Assembly (NCBI GenBank): GCA_934433485.1 | Contig: CAKRZR010000008.1 | Location: forward strand, 23,342-87,341 | Reading direction: 5' to 3' | DNA: 64,000 nucleotides | Source: an uncultured Eubacteriales bacterium | Lineage (GTDB): Bacteria > Bacillota > Clostridia > Oscillospirales > CAG-272 | In this document: positions 8,178 to 18,837 of the stretch, piece by piece | How positions within the stretch are numbered: the first letter of the stretch is position 1 | Layout of the letters: each line of letters begins with the position of its first letter | Translations under genes and position numbers: made by a program | The notes under the pieces: generated by a model | What the model saw: the letters and a program-made list of their open reading frames with translations, nothing else | Databases searched by the model: none | What the model was told of the DNA's origin: nothing

Positions 8178-10166
8178 TCAGATTTGCGTGTCGATCGCTG
8201 CCTTGAGCCTGTCCACCGCTTCGCGCATCGTGAGTCCGGACAGCTGCGCGCCTGCCGCGTCGTAGTGACCGCCGCCGCCCATCTGCTCGAGGATCAATTG
8301 CACATTGATGCTGCCGTTGGAACGCGCCGAAATGTGGATCACGTCCCCCAGCTTCATCAGCGCAAACGACGCCTCTATCCCCTCGACGGAGAGCAGATTG
8401 TTTGCCGCCTTTGCCGCGATGATCCGATCCGCCGGACCCGCCTCTGTCTGGTTGTCCGTCTGCGCACAAGCGATCGCGCACTGCCCGCGGTACAGCGTGA
8501 TGTTCTGCCGGAACTTTCCCTCGCGTTGGTAGTCGTCCATGCTCGTACGGTTCATTTCCACCACCGCTTCCGGCAGCGCGCCGCAGTCCCGCAGGAACAT
8601 TGCCGCGCTGAACGTACGCGTGCCCGTGGAACGGGTGAACTTGCCGGTATCCAGAATAATTCCCGCAAGCAGCAGCGTGGCTTCCTGCGACGGCAGCTCA
8701 TCCTTCGGCAGCACCTGCTCCAGCATTTCCGCCACCAGCTCGCTTGCCGAGGACGCCGACGGTTCAATGTACTCGATCGCCACCGGTCTGTCAAATTCCG
8801 CTACCTTTCGGTGATGGTCGATGATCGCAAGCGTTCCCGCACGGCGCGCCAGCTCCGGGGATTCCATGATCGCCACGTTGCTCACATCCCCGACGACCAC
8901 CAGCGTTCCCGTCTCCAATAGATCAAACGCCGTCGCCTCGTCCACCAGCACGCCGAGGAAATCCTCCTCCGTTGCCAACAGCTCCAGCATGCCCGTCAGG
9001 TTCCGGTCGCTCCGGTTCACCAGCATATTCACCCGCGTCCCGCAGTACATCGCCATCCGCGCAAGCCCTACGCTCGCGCCGATGCAGTCGAAATCCGCGT
9101 TCCGGTGCCCCATGACGATCACATTCGACGCCTTTTTCATCGCCGATACCAGCTCGCCGGACACCACGCGGGAACGCACATTCGTCCGCTTCTGCACCGT
9201 CTTTGTGATGCCGCCGTAGAAGTCAATCGACGCGTCCCCTTTCACGACCGCCTGGTCGCCGCCGCGCTGCAGCGCCATATCCAACGCCGTGTGCGCCGCT
9301 CTTTCTCTGTCCGAAAGCGATCCCGACACGTTCGACACGCCCATCGAGATCGTCATCGGCAGCTCAAAATCCCCAGCACGGACAGCGCGCACCCGGTCAA
9401 GCACATCGAATTTCCGCGCAACGCAATGGGCAAGCACCCGCTTTTCCATGAGAAAAATGTACTTGTCGCGCTCGTATTCCTTGAGGATCCCGCCGCATTC
9501 CTCCGCCCAGTCGCGCAGCACCTCGTCTATGCGCGCCGCCGCGATCCGGTAGTTCTCGCTGTCGTACTGCATCATTTCGGCGAAGTTGTCCACATAAATA
9601 TACGCGACCGCCAGCTCCTCATCCGTCAGACGCTGCCGCAGGTGCTCCTCCGACGTGATCTCGTCCGTCATGATGAGGCAAAAATCGTTGTCGTCCGTCT
9701 TGATCGCCGTGTACCGCGCCAGAAAATGCCTGCCCTCGCACGACAGCACCACGCCGTCTCCCGTCTCCGGGCTGCGGATCTCCGCCAGTCCCACGCCGAA
9801 CAGTTCCTTGACGGATTCGCCGTACAGCTTGTTCTTCGAGGAATAAAGCGTCTCCGTCGCCGTGTTGTACCACAAAATGCGCTCGTCTTCGTCGCAGATA
9901 AAGACCGGCGTCGGCAGCTTTACCACCGCGTCGAACATGATCCGCCCCATGACGGGCGACAGGTTTTCGTTTTTCGGTCCGCGCCGCCGGTTCATCAGCC
10001 GATGCGCCAGCCAGACCGCCGCGACATACAGACCGCCCAACGCGCAGCCCGTGACGACGCCGGTGAGGTTTCGTCCCGCGATCGCCCCGGACGCCGCGAT
10101 GAGTACGCCCGTGCAAAGCCATTCGACGATGTGCCGTCTCGCGTGGCTTTTGTCAGTTGCTATCAT
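8178..10166 (-). CDS. gdpP: cyclic-di-AMP phosphodiesterase GdpP (YybT): 2 TM, PAS-like, degenerate GGDEF, DHH/DHHA1
   Basis: DHH motifs GHRNADFDCIGA and IIDHHR. DHHA1 motif GGGGHYDAAGAQ. Two N-terminal TM helices. Conserved yybS-yybT-rplI-dnaB order. Confidence 0.93.
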   Translation of the reverse strand: MIATDKSHARRHIVEWLCTGVLIAASGAIAGRNLTGVVTGCALGGLYVAAVWLAHRLMNRRRGPKNENLSPVMGRIMFDAVVKLPTPVFICDEDERILWYNTATETLYSSKNKLYGESVKELFGVGLAEIRSPETGDGVVLSCEGRHFLARYTAIKTDDNDFCLIMTDEITSEEHLRQRLTDEELAVAYIYVDNFAEMMQYDSENYRIAAARIDEVLRDWAEECGGILKEYERDKYIFLMEKRVLAHCVARKFDVLDRVRAVRAGDFELPMTISMGVSNVSGSLSDRERAAHTALDMALQRGGDQAVVKGDASIDFYGGITKTVQKRTNVRSRVVSGELVSAMKKASNVIVMGHRNADFDCIGASVGLARMAMYCGTRVNMLVNRSDRNLTGMLELLATEEDFLGVLVDEATAFDLLETGTLVVVGDVSNVAIMESPELARRAGTLAIIDHHRKVAEFDRPVAIEYIEPSASSASELVAEMLEQVLPKDELPSQEATLLLAGIILDTGKFTRSTGTRTFSAAMFLRDCGALPEAVVEMNRTSMDDYQREGKFRQNITLYRGQCAIACAQTDNQTEAGPADRIIAAKAANNLLSVEGIEASFALMKLGDVIHISARSNGSINVQLILEQMGGGGHYDAAGAQLSGLTMREAVDRLKAAIDTQI

Positions 10167-10346
10167 TGTTATTGCTCCTTTGAAAAAGGACTATTTGCCG
10201 CCGGGAAGTGGTTTCTTTCCAGGGGGATGCGCCGCCTCCATCGATATTTTGCGCAAAAACGCTCGTATATATGGCTTTCCATTGCAAAATCGACCGCATC
10301 CGCTTTTTCCGAATTTTTCCTCTCCTGTGAGAGACGATACCCGCGC

Positions 10347-11375
10347 TCACTCGCTCTTTTCCAGCTTCTTCTGCTTTATCACGTGCCACGCGCCGTAGAT
10401 GGCGAAAACAAAACAGACGGTGGCGGTTCCCAAGACTGCCATGCTCCATACGAGCAGCAGCATGATGAGGGTGACCGTTCTCGCGCGGTGTCCCTTGCCG
10501 ATGATGTACGCGTCCGCCAAACGATCACGAATGCGCATGGCGGCTTCGCGGAGTCCCACGTACACGGACGGCGGACACAGCACAAGGAGGCAGTTGGTCA
10601 GCACCGTATAGATGAGGGGATTCCGGCGGTATGAGGTCGCCAGCAGCAGAAAGGACAGCACCATGACAAGCGCGCCAAAATACCGCGGTGTGGTGATTCC
10701 CTCGTCCGCCTCCGGGAGAAAATACCGCTCGCATTCCATGAGCCGGAACAGCAGACGGCACAGCCAATCGCCAAGGCACGCGACGCCCTCCGCGATCATA
10801 AGCCACAACGCGGGCAGCGCCAGGAGGAGCGATCGTGCTGTCTCCGCCGCGTATGCCGCAAAGAAGGAGCTGCGCGCCAGCAGCTGTTCAAGCGCGTTCA
10901 GAATCTGTGCCGGCAAACGCGCGACGGGAACGCTGTGCCAGACATAGCCGGCAAACAAAATCCCGGCGGCAAGCAGGCAGAGCGCCACCGCGGTAGTCAA
11001 ATGGAGCACCCGGCGGAACCGGGATTCCCGCAGCAGGACGGACGACGCGTATACGTACGCGCAGACATAGACGCTCAGGCACAGCACAACGGCGGTAAGA
11101 AGTCCAGCGACAGGCAGCACGGCGCACAAAGAAAGCACCGAGACCGCCATCGACGCCGCACGCCGCCACAATACGATCAGGGTCGCATAGGCGGTGACGG
11201 CAAGGGCAAACAGCGGCAGCGCAGCCAAGAACGCGGGGATCGCATGCACGCCCGCACCGTCCCGCAAAATCGCCGCCGCGGCTGTTGTTGCACCGACGAT
11301 CACCGCGAAAATCAGGACAACGAGCGGCAGCGTCAGTGTAGGGAGATCATCCCGTTTCCGAAATACCCGCAGCAC
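10347..11375 (-). CDS. YybS-like polytopic membrane protein (DUF2232 family, by synteny)
   Basis: 342-aa, highly hydrophobic, multi-pass. Lies immediately upstream of gdpP as yybS does in Bacillus. Assignment rests on synteny and topology only. Confidence 0.65.
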   Translation of the reverse strand: MLRVFRKRDDLPTLTLPLVVLIFAVIVGATTAAAAILRDGAGVHAIPAFLAALPLFALAVTAYATLIVLWRRAASMAVSVLSLCAVLPVAGLLTAVVLCLSVYVCAYVYASSVLLRESRFRRVLHLTTAVALCLLAAGILFAGYVWHSVPVARLPAQILNALEQLLARSSFFAAYAAETARSLLLALPALWLMIAEGVACLGDWLCRLLFRLMECERYFLPEADEGITTPRYFGALVMVLSFLLLATSYRRNPLIYTVLTNCLLVLCPPSVYVGLREAAMRIRDRLADAYIIGKGHRARTVTLIMLLLVWSMAVLGTATVCFVFAIYGAWHVIKQKKLEKSE

Positions 11376-11564
11376 AGCACATCCTCCTTTCGCCGGAAGC
11401 CTCCGGGGAAGCAGTCGTAGTCTTCCTTATATTATAGCAAATCCGTACGGCATTGTCAACGTGCAAATTTTTTGCCGTCACGGCAACAGCATTTACTTTT
11501 TTACACAGAAAAATCAGGATAGACATCCCACTGTGCCGAGGTAAAGAAGTCGCGAAAGGTTTAC

Positions 11565-11712
11565 TGATCGTTTGTAAAACTTGAAGTTTTACAAACTTCA
11601 TTTGACGCACCGGAATTGCACAAACGATATCCATTTTATCCCAGATAGAAAGTTTTTGAAGGGGTTTGGGGGAACTTTTTCAAAAACTTTCTCCAAGTCC
11701 GTTTCCCCAAAA
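11565..11712 (-). repeat. modular intergenic repeat, copy 3 (short core variant)
   Basis: 13-bp-arm palindrome GTTTGTAAAACTT-G-AAGTTTTACAAAC at 11570-11596. Core variant GGAATTGCACAAACGATATCC. Box AGAAAGTTTTTGAAGG. Hairpin GGGGGAACTTTTTCAAAAACTTTCTCC. Confidence 0.8.
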
Positions 11713-11757
11713 AGTAAATGCTCTTGCCCCGCTTTTGCCGCAAATTTTTCTGCCGCC

Positions 11758-12405
11758 TCATCCACGCTCGCCACCGCGCGCGTCGTGTTCGCATAGTCCG
11801 GCAAGCGGACATTCGGTACACCGGGGCGATCTGGCGGCGCAAAATTCCCTGCCGAACAGCACCATCCGGTGACAGTACGCCGCCTGTTCTTCCTTTGGTA
11901 CAATGGGATCGAGGATCTTCTCCACGCGCGCCGGATCCGTGAGGGATTCCGGATAAAAACCGAGCCTGCCGTTGATGCGGATGCAGTGCGTGTCCGCTAC
12001 GATGCCGGGCTTGCCGAACGCATCGCCGCGCACCAGATTCGCCACCTTGCGCCCGACGCCGGGGAGCGTGAGCAGTCCCTCCATGGTGTCCGGCACGTAC
12101 CCGCCGAAATCCGAGACAATTTTCTGCGCCGCCGCGTGGAGATTTTCAGACTTCACCCGCCAGAATCCGCAGGAGTGAATGTACACGCCGATTTCCGCAG
12201 GGTCGCCCTCCGCCATCGCGACAACGTCGGGATAGCGCGCAAACAGTGCCGGTGTGACCATATTGACGCGCGCGTCCGTGCATTGGGCAGACAGCACGCC
12301 CATGACGAGCAGCCGCCACGGATCGCCGTCCCAAGTGAGGGAACAAAGCGCGTCTGGGTACTGCACGGTGAGGATCTCGTTGATTTTCGCAAATTCCGGC
12401 ATCAT
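11758..12405 (-). CDS. nth: endonuclease III (HhH-GPD DNA glycosylase/AP lyase with 4Fe-4S loop)
   Basis: HhH motif LLTLPGVGRKVANLV. C-terminal CAARSPRCTECPLAGLC cluster (C-x6-C-x2-C-x5-C). GGAAAGGAG RBS 5 nt before ATG 12405; the ORF track starts further upstream at 12429. Confidence 0.93.
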   Translation of the reverse strand: MMPEFAKINEILTVQYPDALCSLTWDGDPWRLLVMGVLSAQCTDARVNMVTPALFARYPDVVAMAEGDPAEIGVYIHSCGFWRVKSENLHAAAQKIVSDFGGYVPDTMEGLLTLPGVGRKVANLVRGDAFGKPGIVADTHCIRINGRLGFYPESLTDPARVEKILDPIVPKEEQAAYCHRMVLFGREFCAARSPRCTECPLAGLCEHDARGGERG

Positions 12406-12441
12406 TGCCGCTCCTTTCCGGCTCCGCATAGAGCAGTCGGT

Positions 12442-14499
12442 TCAATCCAGGTCAAAATAGTAGTCAAAGACGTCCTTAATGGCGTAGCCGGCGTTTGTAC
12501 CGCTCGCGCCCTGCTCGATCACACACGTGACCGCGATTTTCGGCGCGTCGTACGGCGCGAATGCCGTCATGATCGCGTTATCGCTTTTCGTTTTGTAGAT
12601 CTGCGCCGTACCCGTTTTGCCGCCGACCGGGATCGGATAACCGGAGAACACGCGCGCCGCGGAGCCGTTGTCCATTACGTTCTTCATGCCTTCCTTGACG
12701 GTCTCGAAAATCTCCTCCGAGAAGGCTTCCTCCGACAGCACGGTGGGCGTCGTTTCCTCCAGGATGGCGCCGGAATAGCTCTCGATCCGGTCGAGCAGAT
12801 GCGCGCTGTACCGTTTGCCGCGATTGAGTACCGTCGTCAGATACATGTTGATCTGCAGAGGCGTGAATACGTTGTCCGACTGACCGATCGCCGCCTGCAG
12901 GGTGTCGCCGGGACTCCATTTGCCAAGCCCGTTTTCGTCGCGATAATCGGGACCGGCAAGAATACCCGTTTTTTCCGGCAGCTCGATGCCCGTGGACTCG
13001 CCGAAGCCGAAATTCTTCATGTGCGCGTTCATTTTCTCGATGGTGAGCAGTCTGCCGACCTCGTAGAAGAAATAGTTGCACGATTCCTGGATCGCCTCGG
13101 TGACGTTGATGTAGCCGTGCGTGCCGCCGTACGCGTAGATCCAGCACTCCGGCTGGTAGTCGCTGTAATACGTGTACTTGCCCTGCGCGTTGATGATCGT
13201 GTCCTTTTCGATGATCCCTTCCTCCAGCGCTGCGATCGCCACACCGACCTTGAAGGTCGAGCCGGGCGCGTAGGTGCCGAACAGGGCGCGGTTGTACATC
13301 GGCTGCCGCTCGTCGCTGTTTAAGGTTGCAAAATCCGCGCTGAACGACGCAAGATTGTACGTCGGATAGGACGCGATGGCGAGAATATCGCCCGTACCCA
13401 CCTCTGTCGCCACAATGGCGCCGGCGGACGCGTCCTCACCGGTCAGCGGTCTGGCGGGATCGGCTTCGTCGCGGATCCGCTGTACCGTCGTGGCAAGCGC
13501 GTTCTCCGCCTCTATCTGCATGTCGATATCGATGGTCAGATAGACGTCCGAACCTGCCAGCGGCTCGCGCGTCACCTCCACGCTGATGATGTTGCCGTAG
13601 GAGTCCTCCGTGATCGTCCGCTCTCCGTCCACGCCGCGCAGCGATTCCTCAAACGCCTTCTCCATGCCGTCCAGACCGACCACATCGTCGAGGGTGTAGC
13701 CGCGATCGAGGTAGTATTCCTCACTGCCGCTTGGCACCTTGCCGATCCTGCCGAGAATGTGCGACGCGTAGCCGGGATATTCGTAATGGCGCGTCAGCTC
13801 CGTCGTCACCCGGATCCCGCGCGGCAGATCCTCCTCCGCCTGCGATATGACCGCGAGCGACACATCCTCCGCCAGCGTATACGGCTCTACGGCGGAGAAA
13901 TTGGAAAGCTCCATGTCCAGCCGGTACGTGACAAGCATCGCGGTTTCCTCCGGTGTATAGAGAAGCGCGCCGTCCGCATCGATAAGACCGTACCGTTCCA
14001 TCAGAGCATGGACGCAGTCGTCCACGTCGCGCACGTCCTTGCGGTTCATGCCGTCGATGAGCTTCTCGTACCGTCTGCCCTTGATGGTGTCAAAAAACGA
14101 CTCGTCGTACCGGAATGAAACGGAAGCCTCCCCGGTCGAGATCACAAACGGCGTGGCGCTCGGCGCGTTTGGCGTGATCCCCTTTCCGGAAAGGATCTCC
14201 ATCGCGCGGCACAGCACCTCGTTTTCGTCCGCGTTCTTGTCCGGGAACGAGCCGTAATCCAGCTGCAGGGTGTACGTGTATGTATTTGTCACAAGCGGCG
14301 TGCCGTTGCGGTCGTAAATCTCCCCGCGAAACGCCTGGATCGGCTCCGTGCGCGTGTAATACACCGTCGGCGTCGCCATTGTGTAGTAGTCCTGCCCCGC
14401 GACCTGCAAATACAGCAGCCGTCCCGTGTACAGCACGCAGAACGCGCAGAACAGCACGCCCAGCGCGAAATATCGAATCAGATGCTCTTTTTTCTTCAT
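12442..14499 (-). CDS. penicillin-binding protein 2 family D,D-transpeptidase
   Basis: N-terminal membrane anchor. Transpeptidase motifs STFK (GSTFKVG), SCN (ESCNYFF) and KTGTA. Confidence 0.93.
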   Translation of the reverse strand: MKKKEHLIRYFALGVLFCAFCVLYTGRLLYLQVAGQDYYTMATPTVYYTRTEPIQAFRGEIYDRNGTPLVTNTYTYTLQLDYGSFPDKNADENEVLCRAMEILSGKGITPNAPSATPFVISTGEASVSFRYDESFFDTIKGRRYEKLIDGMNRKDVRDVDDCVHALMERYGLIDADGALLYTPEETAMLVTYRLDMELSNFSAVEPYTLAEDVSLAVISQAEEDLPRGIRVTTELTRHYEYPGYASHILGRIGKVPSGSEEYYLDRGYTLDDVVGLDGMEKAFEESLRGVDGERTITEDSYGNIISVEVTREPLAGSDVYLTIDIDMQIEAENALATTVQRIRDEADPARPLTGEDASAGAIVATEVGTGDILAIASYPTYNLASFSADFATLNSDERQPMYNRALFGTYAPGSTFKVGVAIAALEEGIIEKDTIINAQGKYTYYSDYQPECWIYAYGGTHGYINVTEAIQESCNYFFYEVGRLLTIEKMNAHMKNFGFGESTGIELPEKTGILAGPDYRDENGLGKWSPGDTLQAAIGQSDNVFTPLQINMYLTTVLNRGKRYSAHLLDRIESYSGAILEETTPTVLSEEAFSEEIFETVKEGMKNVMDNGSAARVFSGYPIPVGGKTGTAQIYKTKSDNAIMTAFAPYDAPKIAVTCVIEQGASGTNAGYAIKDVFDYYFDLD

Positions 14500-14505
14500 T
14501 ATTTA

Positions 14506-16962
14506 TCAAGTAGCGCTGCCGTCTCCCGCGTTTTTCCTGCGCACAATATCGTATGCGCCGTCCGGCAGGAAGGTCTGCGCTTCGATGGAGAGGTCTGAGC
14601 CTTCGGCGAGTCCGCAGTGGAACTGCACGTTCGTGTGCTGTCCGGATACCAGAATCGGCGCGCCCTGCCCCTCGATCTCCTCCAGAAGGTTGAAGTTTTC
14701 GTCGAAATGCTTCAGTACCGTGCCGCCGGTGTAGAGGAGATAATGGCCCGGCGCCACATCCACGTGCGGGAAATCGAGCGGATCAAAGCCGCCCCAGGGT
14801 GCTGAGAACCGGAACGATACGAGCCTGCCGTGCTCCGCGGTATATCCGATGCGCAGGCGCATGACAAGCGGCTTCGGCTCTCCCGGATAGTCCAGCATGC
14901 AATATTCCGTCAGTCTGCCCTCGTCGTCGTATTCGCCCAGATACCCGTAGCGGAAGTCCTGCATGAACCAGCGCGACAGCTTCCAGCCGCCGTCCACGGT
15001 CTCAAGGGACCAATACGACGCGCGCTCCTGCAATGCGTTCCGGATCTCTTCCGTAATTTCCCCATGGAAGCGCAGATCCTCCCAAAGGCGCATCTGTGTG
15101 ATCAGCTCTCTGGTCAGACCGTACGCGCGCAGATCCTTCGCCGACGCTTCCATGCCGAGTCCCGCGTCGTTTGCCACCATGCGCGCCATCGCGAATACGA
15201 AATCCTCCGGTCGGGTGGCTTCAAACTTCCCTCTCGCGCAGCGGATCGTGTATTGTCCCAGCATATGCGGAATGCGGTTCCGGTCGTAGTACGCCTGGTT
15301 GCGGATCCGATACCGGAACATACCGCCGCGCCGTTCCCAGTCGTAGTGCGGCTCGCCCCAGTTGAAATACGTGTGCGCATGCCAGCGGTAATGGCTCGGA
15401 ATCGACGCGTCGGACAGGATTGCCGGCTGCATCGTACCGCCGCTTGCCGCTTCAAAGACCTTGCGCACGTACTCCGAGCAGCCGTACTCGTCCCGTCCGG
15501 TCGCAAGACAGCCCTCCATCCCGTCAAAGGACATCCGACATACCCCCGTCTCGCGGAGGATCGTTCCCACACGCTCCGCCATTTTCGCCTGCAGCTGCAC
15601 CGTCGGATAGAGGGTCTGGTAGCCGTGGTCTTGCAAACGATAAATCGCCTCGCCTGCCTTATGGGACGCGATATGGGTACCGAACGCACCGCGCGTCACC
15701 TCCGTCAAAAGAATGCCGTCCGGCGTCTCAACCGCCTTCTTGAACCGCGCCAGCTCGTCCCCCATCCGGATACAGTTCAGCGCGGATTTTTCAAAATAGT
15801 GGCACCGCTCGGAGACAAGGATTTCCGTGTCCGCCTCCCCCACATCGCGCGCCAGCGTCGTCTCGTCCATGATCAATAACTCCGGATCCGGCGATGGTGT
15901 GACATACGGATCATACGTGTGGATGAAGTTCGAGAGCGTGTGGAACCCGATCTTGATGCCCCGCTTTGCTGCATACTCGACGGCGTTTTTCAACCCCGCG
16001 TCGCCGTCCGGGAAGTAGTTCGGGGAAATCGCAAAGTGCCCCCAGCTTACAAACGGATTGCCGAAATAGCAAAATCCGCCGCCGGACAGCTCCGCAAGCT
16101 CGAGCAGCTCATCAAACGTGTACTTGTCGCGCGGCTTTTCCGCTTCTGCGAGGTTCCCCATGAGATACGCGATCCCGTCCTGCTGCACCATGAGGTATGA
16201 CCGGTACGCGTAGGGGGATTTTTTCGCCCATACCCCATCGATCACGGGATGCGGCAGTCCCTCGGCAAGCTCCATCTCCCCGATTTTGTCGAGCAGTCCG
16301 GCGTTTGTCGCGCATAGGAAGCAGACCGCCGCGCCGTCGATGTGGGCGTCCGGACCCGTGACCTCGGCGGACGCTACATTCTGCCGTCCGGTGGCATAGT
16401 AATGCGTATCGGCGTGCGTCTCCGGATACCGCATATGGCGCGCATAGCACTGGAGAACCACACCGTTCTCGCCGGATTTTGTCTTAACCGGCGCGGCGGC
16501 GCTGTCGTCAAAACGGGCGCGATCATAAAACGGCAGTGTGCAGCATCCGTCGTAGGGATGGGTGTCGAGCCATTCCGCCGGGTATCCGCCCATGACCTTC
16601 GGCATCAGGGACTGCATACAGACGGAATTCTCCCCGTCCGTCGCTTCCCCGAGCAGATCGCCGAAGCGCTCCATGGCGACATAATACGGACCGAACACAA
16701 ACGCATCCGCGGCGTCGGGGGCAGAATCGAGGGTCAGCACCGCGTAGCCGCCCCTGTACCGGAGCGAAAACGACGCGTCGCCAAGGGCAGGATAGGCAGC
16801 CGTGACACGCAGTCCGTCCCCGGTTTCCGTGACCGCGGCGGCAGTCGGCAAAATGGCGTGCCCGTTTACCAGAAAACGACCGATGGGCTGCGGCGCGATA
16901 CGAACGATCCCGTCCTCGGTCAGCGTGAGATGGGATTGTTGGTCGATGATGATTTGCAGCAT
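14506..16962 (-). CDS. large cytoplasmic protein of unknown function (818 aa)
   Basis: Uninterrupted GC3-rich ORF 7 bp upstream of the PBP2 start codon. AAAGGA RBS about 9 nt before ATG 16962 (MLQIIIDQQ). No signal peptide. I cannot assign a family from sequence. Confidence 0.75.
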   Translation of the reverse strand: MLQIIIDQQSHLTLTEDGIVRIAPQPIGRFLVNGHAILPTAAAVTETGDGLRVTAAYPALGDASFSLRYRGGYAVLTLDSAPDAADAFVFGPYYVAMERFGDLLGEATDGENSVCMQSLMPKVMGGYPAEWLDTHPYDGCCTLPFYDRARFDDSAAAPVKTKSGENGVVLQCYARHMRYPETHADTHYYATGRQNVASAEVTGPDAHIDGAAVCFLCATNAGLLDKIGEMELAEGLPHPVIDGVWAKKSPYAYRSYLMVQQDGIAYLMGNLAEAEKPRDKYTFDELLELAELSGGGFCYFGNPFVSWGHFAISPNYFPDGDAGLKNAVEYAAKRGIKIGFHTLSNFIHTYDPYVTPSPDPELLIMDETTLARDVGEADTEILVSERCHYFEKSALNCIRMGDELARFKKAVETPDGILLTEVTRGAFGTHIASHKAGEAIYRLQDHGYQTLYPTVQLQAKMAERVGTILRETGVCRMSFDGMEGCLATGRDEYGCSEYVRKVFEAASGGTMQPAILSDASIPSHYRWHAHTYFNWGEPHYDWERRGGMFRYRIRNQAYYDRNRIPHMLGQYTIRCARGKFEATRPEDFVFAMARMVANDAGLGMEASAKDLRAYGLTRELITQMRLWEDLRFHGEITEEIRNALQERASYWSLETVDGGWKLSRWFMQDFRYGYLGEYDDEGRLTEYCMLDYPGEPKPLVMRLRIGYTAEHGRLVSFRFSAPWGGFDPLDFPHVDVAPGHYLLYTGGTVLKHFDENFNLLEEIEGQGAPILVSGQHTNVQFHCGLAEGSDLSIEAQTFLPDGAYDIVRRKNAGDGSAT

Positions 16963-17023
16963 GGCGACTTGTCCTTTCTCATGAGGGTGGTGTGATGGCA
17001 AAAGGCGGGTTCTTCATCATCCG

Positions 17024-18208
17024 TCACCGCAGCCGCTGGAGGGTACGCACCCCGTCGGCGAGAGCATCGGCGAACGCGTCGATCTCTTCCGCGGTGTTCG
17101 TATAGTCGAAGCTCACGCGGATTGCCGTATCCATGGCGCGCGCGTCCAGACCGTATGCCGTGAGCGCCGCGGAGGTGTGCTTGCCATGCGCGGAGCAGGC
17201 GGATCCGGCGGACACACAGATCTCGCGTCCGGAGAGGTAGTTGAGCATGATCTCGCTGCGGATACCGGGGAGCGAGAGGTGGACGATCCCCTCCGTATGC
17301 GCGGGCGGAATGTGCGTCTCCACGCCGTCGATGACAGAGAGGTGGGCAAGAAGGCGGGCGCGCAGGGCGGATTCCGTCTCTCTGTGTGCGGAAAAGTCGC
17401 GTATGGCTTCGGTGGCGGCTGCGGCAAAGGCGGCGATGGCGAAGAGATTCTCCGTACCGCTGCGGTAGCCGAACTCCTGACCGCCGCCGGGCATCACGGG
17501 GACGAGCTTCTTCTGCCGGTCAAGCTCACCGCGGATATACAGCGCACCCGCGCCGCGGGTACCGTGGATTTTATGCGCGCTGACGGAGAGGGTATCCACG
17601 CCGAGCCGGTCGGGGGAATCCTTGATTTTGCCAAAGCCCTGCACGTCGTCGCAATGGATCACGGCTCCCGGCGCGTATTTGCGCACGAGCTTCGCGGCGG
17701 CAGGGACATCGTACACGGCGCCGGTCTCGTTGTTGACGCGCATACAGCCGAAGTATAACACCGGCGACGGCGGGTTTTGCAGTGCATCCGTGAGGGCGTC
17801 CAGATCGAGCACACCGCCTGTGGTGGGGATACGCACAAGGTCATACCCCTCGCTCTCCAGACGCAGCGCGGGATTTTCCATAGACGGATGCTCGCCGGCC
17901 GCGAGGAGGATGGTACCGGGGCGGTTGGGATCGCGCTTTTTGGCGTACGCGACGCCGAGGAGGGACAGATTGTTCGCCTCTGTTCCGGAAGCGGTGAGGA
18001 TCACGCGGTCCGCGCCCATGCGGTTCTCGAGCCGTCGGAGACCCATGGCGTGCGCGACCTGCTCACGACATCCCGCGAGGAACTTCGCGGCGGACAGTCC
18101 GGCAAAGTGCGTGGACGAGGGATTGGCGAAAAATTCCTCCGCCGCGCGCATCCCGTCCAATGCCGCCCGCGACGGTTTTGTAGTGGCTGCGTTATCGAGA
18201 TAAATCAT
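17024..18208 (-). CDS. cysteine desulfurase (NifS/IscS-type class V aminotransferase)
   Basis: IYLDNAATT N-terminus. PLP-lysine motif SVSAHKIHG. Active-site SAGSACSA. Confidence 0.92.
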   Translation of the reverse strand: MIYLDNAATTKPSRAALDGMRAAEEFFANPSSTHFAGLSAAKFLAGCREQVAHAMGLRRLENRMGADRVILTASGTEANNLSLLGVAYAKKRDPNRPGTILLAAGEHPSMENPALRLESEGYDLVRIPTTGGVLDLDALTDALQNPPSPVLYFGCMRVNNETGAVYDVPAAAKLVRKYAPGAVIHCDDVQGFGKIKDSPDRLGVDTLSVSAHKIHGTRGAGALYIRGELDRQKKLVPVMPGGGQEFGYRSGTENLFAIAAFAAAATEAIRDFSAHRETESALRARLLAHLSVIDGVETHIPPAHTEGIVHLSLPGIRSEIMLNYLSGREICVSAGSACSAHGKHTSAALTAYGLDARAMDTAIRVSFDYTNTAEEIDAFADALADGVRTLQRLR

Positions 18209-18307
18209 AACAGAAATACACCTACTATAAAGGAGATACGCGGTCGCAGTGCAGGCGTGATCGCGCTATACGAAAAAGCCGGGGATTGCACAGGTGCGAA
18301 CCACTTC

Positions 18308-18823
18308 TCACGGAATCAGCAGAAACTCCAGCATCTGATCGACGTCCTCCATATGGGACTCGTACAGATCGGGCAGCGAGGTATAAGTGAACAGGTACAC
18401 GTTGCCGTTTTTGACCGTCGCCGCCTGCAGGACGCGGTAGGTATAGTCGCCGAGTGTGCCGGTCCAGGTATACTTCACGCCGTGATTGCCGTCGATGAGG
18501 ATGTTCTCGCTGTCCTCCACGGTCACGTCCTTATAGACATTTTTGATCTCGTCGAGATTGGTTTCCCACCACTCGTCCAGGGTGGTGTCCGTGTTCGGCA
18601 GATCCCACGAGGTGACGAGCACCCCGGACGTGTCCGCGTTCGAATAATACGCGCCGGTCGCGCCGGTGGTCATATCGACGGTCCAATCCTCCGGCACGAA
18701 CAGCGTATAGTCCGCGCCTTCGCCAGACGCCGTTTTCATCCCGGCAGGCGCGTCCGGATCGTTGTTGCATCCGGCAAGCAGAAGAACGGCTGATAGCGCT
18801 ATGATTAGGAATTTTTTATTCAT
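18308..18823 (-). CDS. lipoprotein of unknown function
   Basis: MNKKFLIIALSAVLLLAGC signal peptide and lipobox. 171 aa. Confidence 0.75.
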   Translation of the reverse strand: MNKKFLIIALSAVLLLAGCNNDPDAPAGMKTASGEGADYTLFVPEDWTVDMTTGATGAYYSNADTSGVLVTSWDLPNTDTTLDEWWETNLDEIKNVYKDVTVEDSENILIDGNHGVKYTWTGTLGDYTYRVLQAATVKNGNVYLFTYTSLPDLYESHMEDVDQMLEFLLIP

Positions 18824-18837
18824 TGATACCTCCTGAT

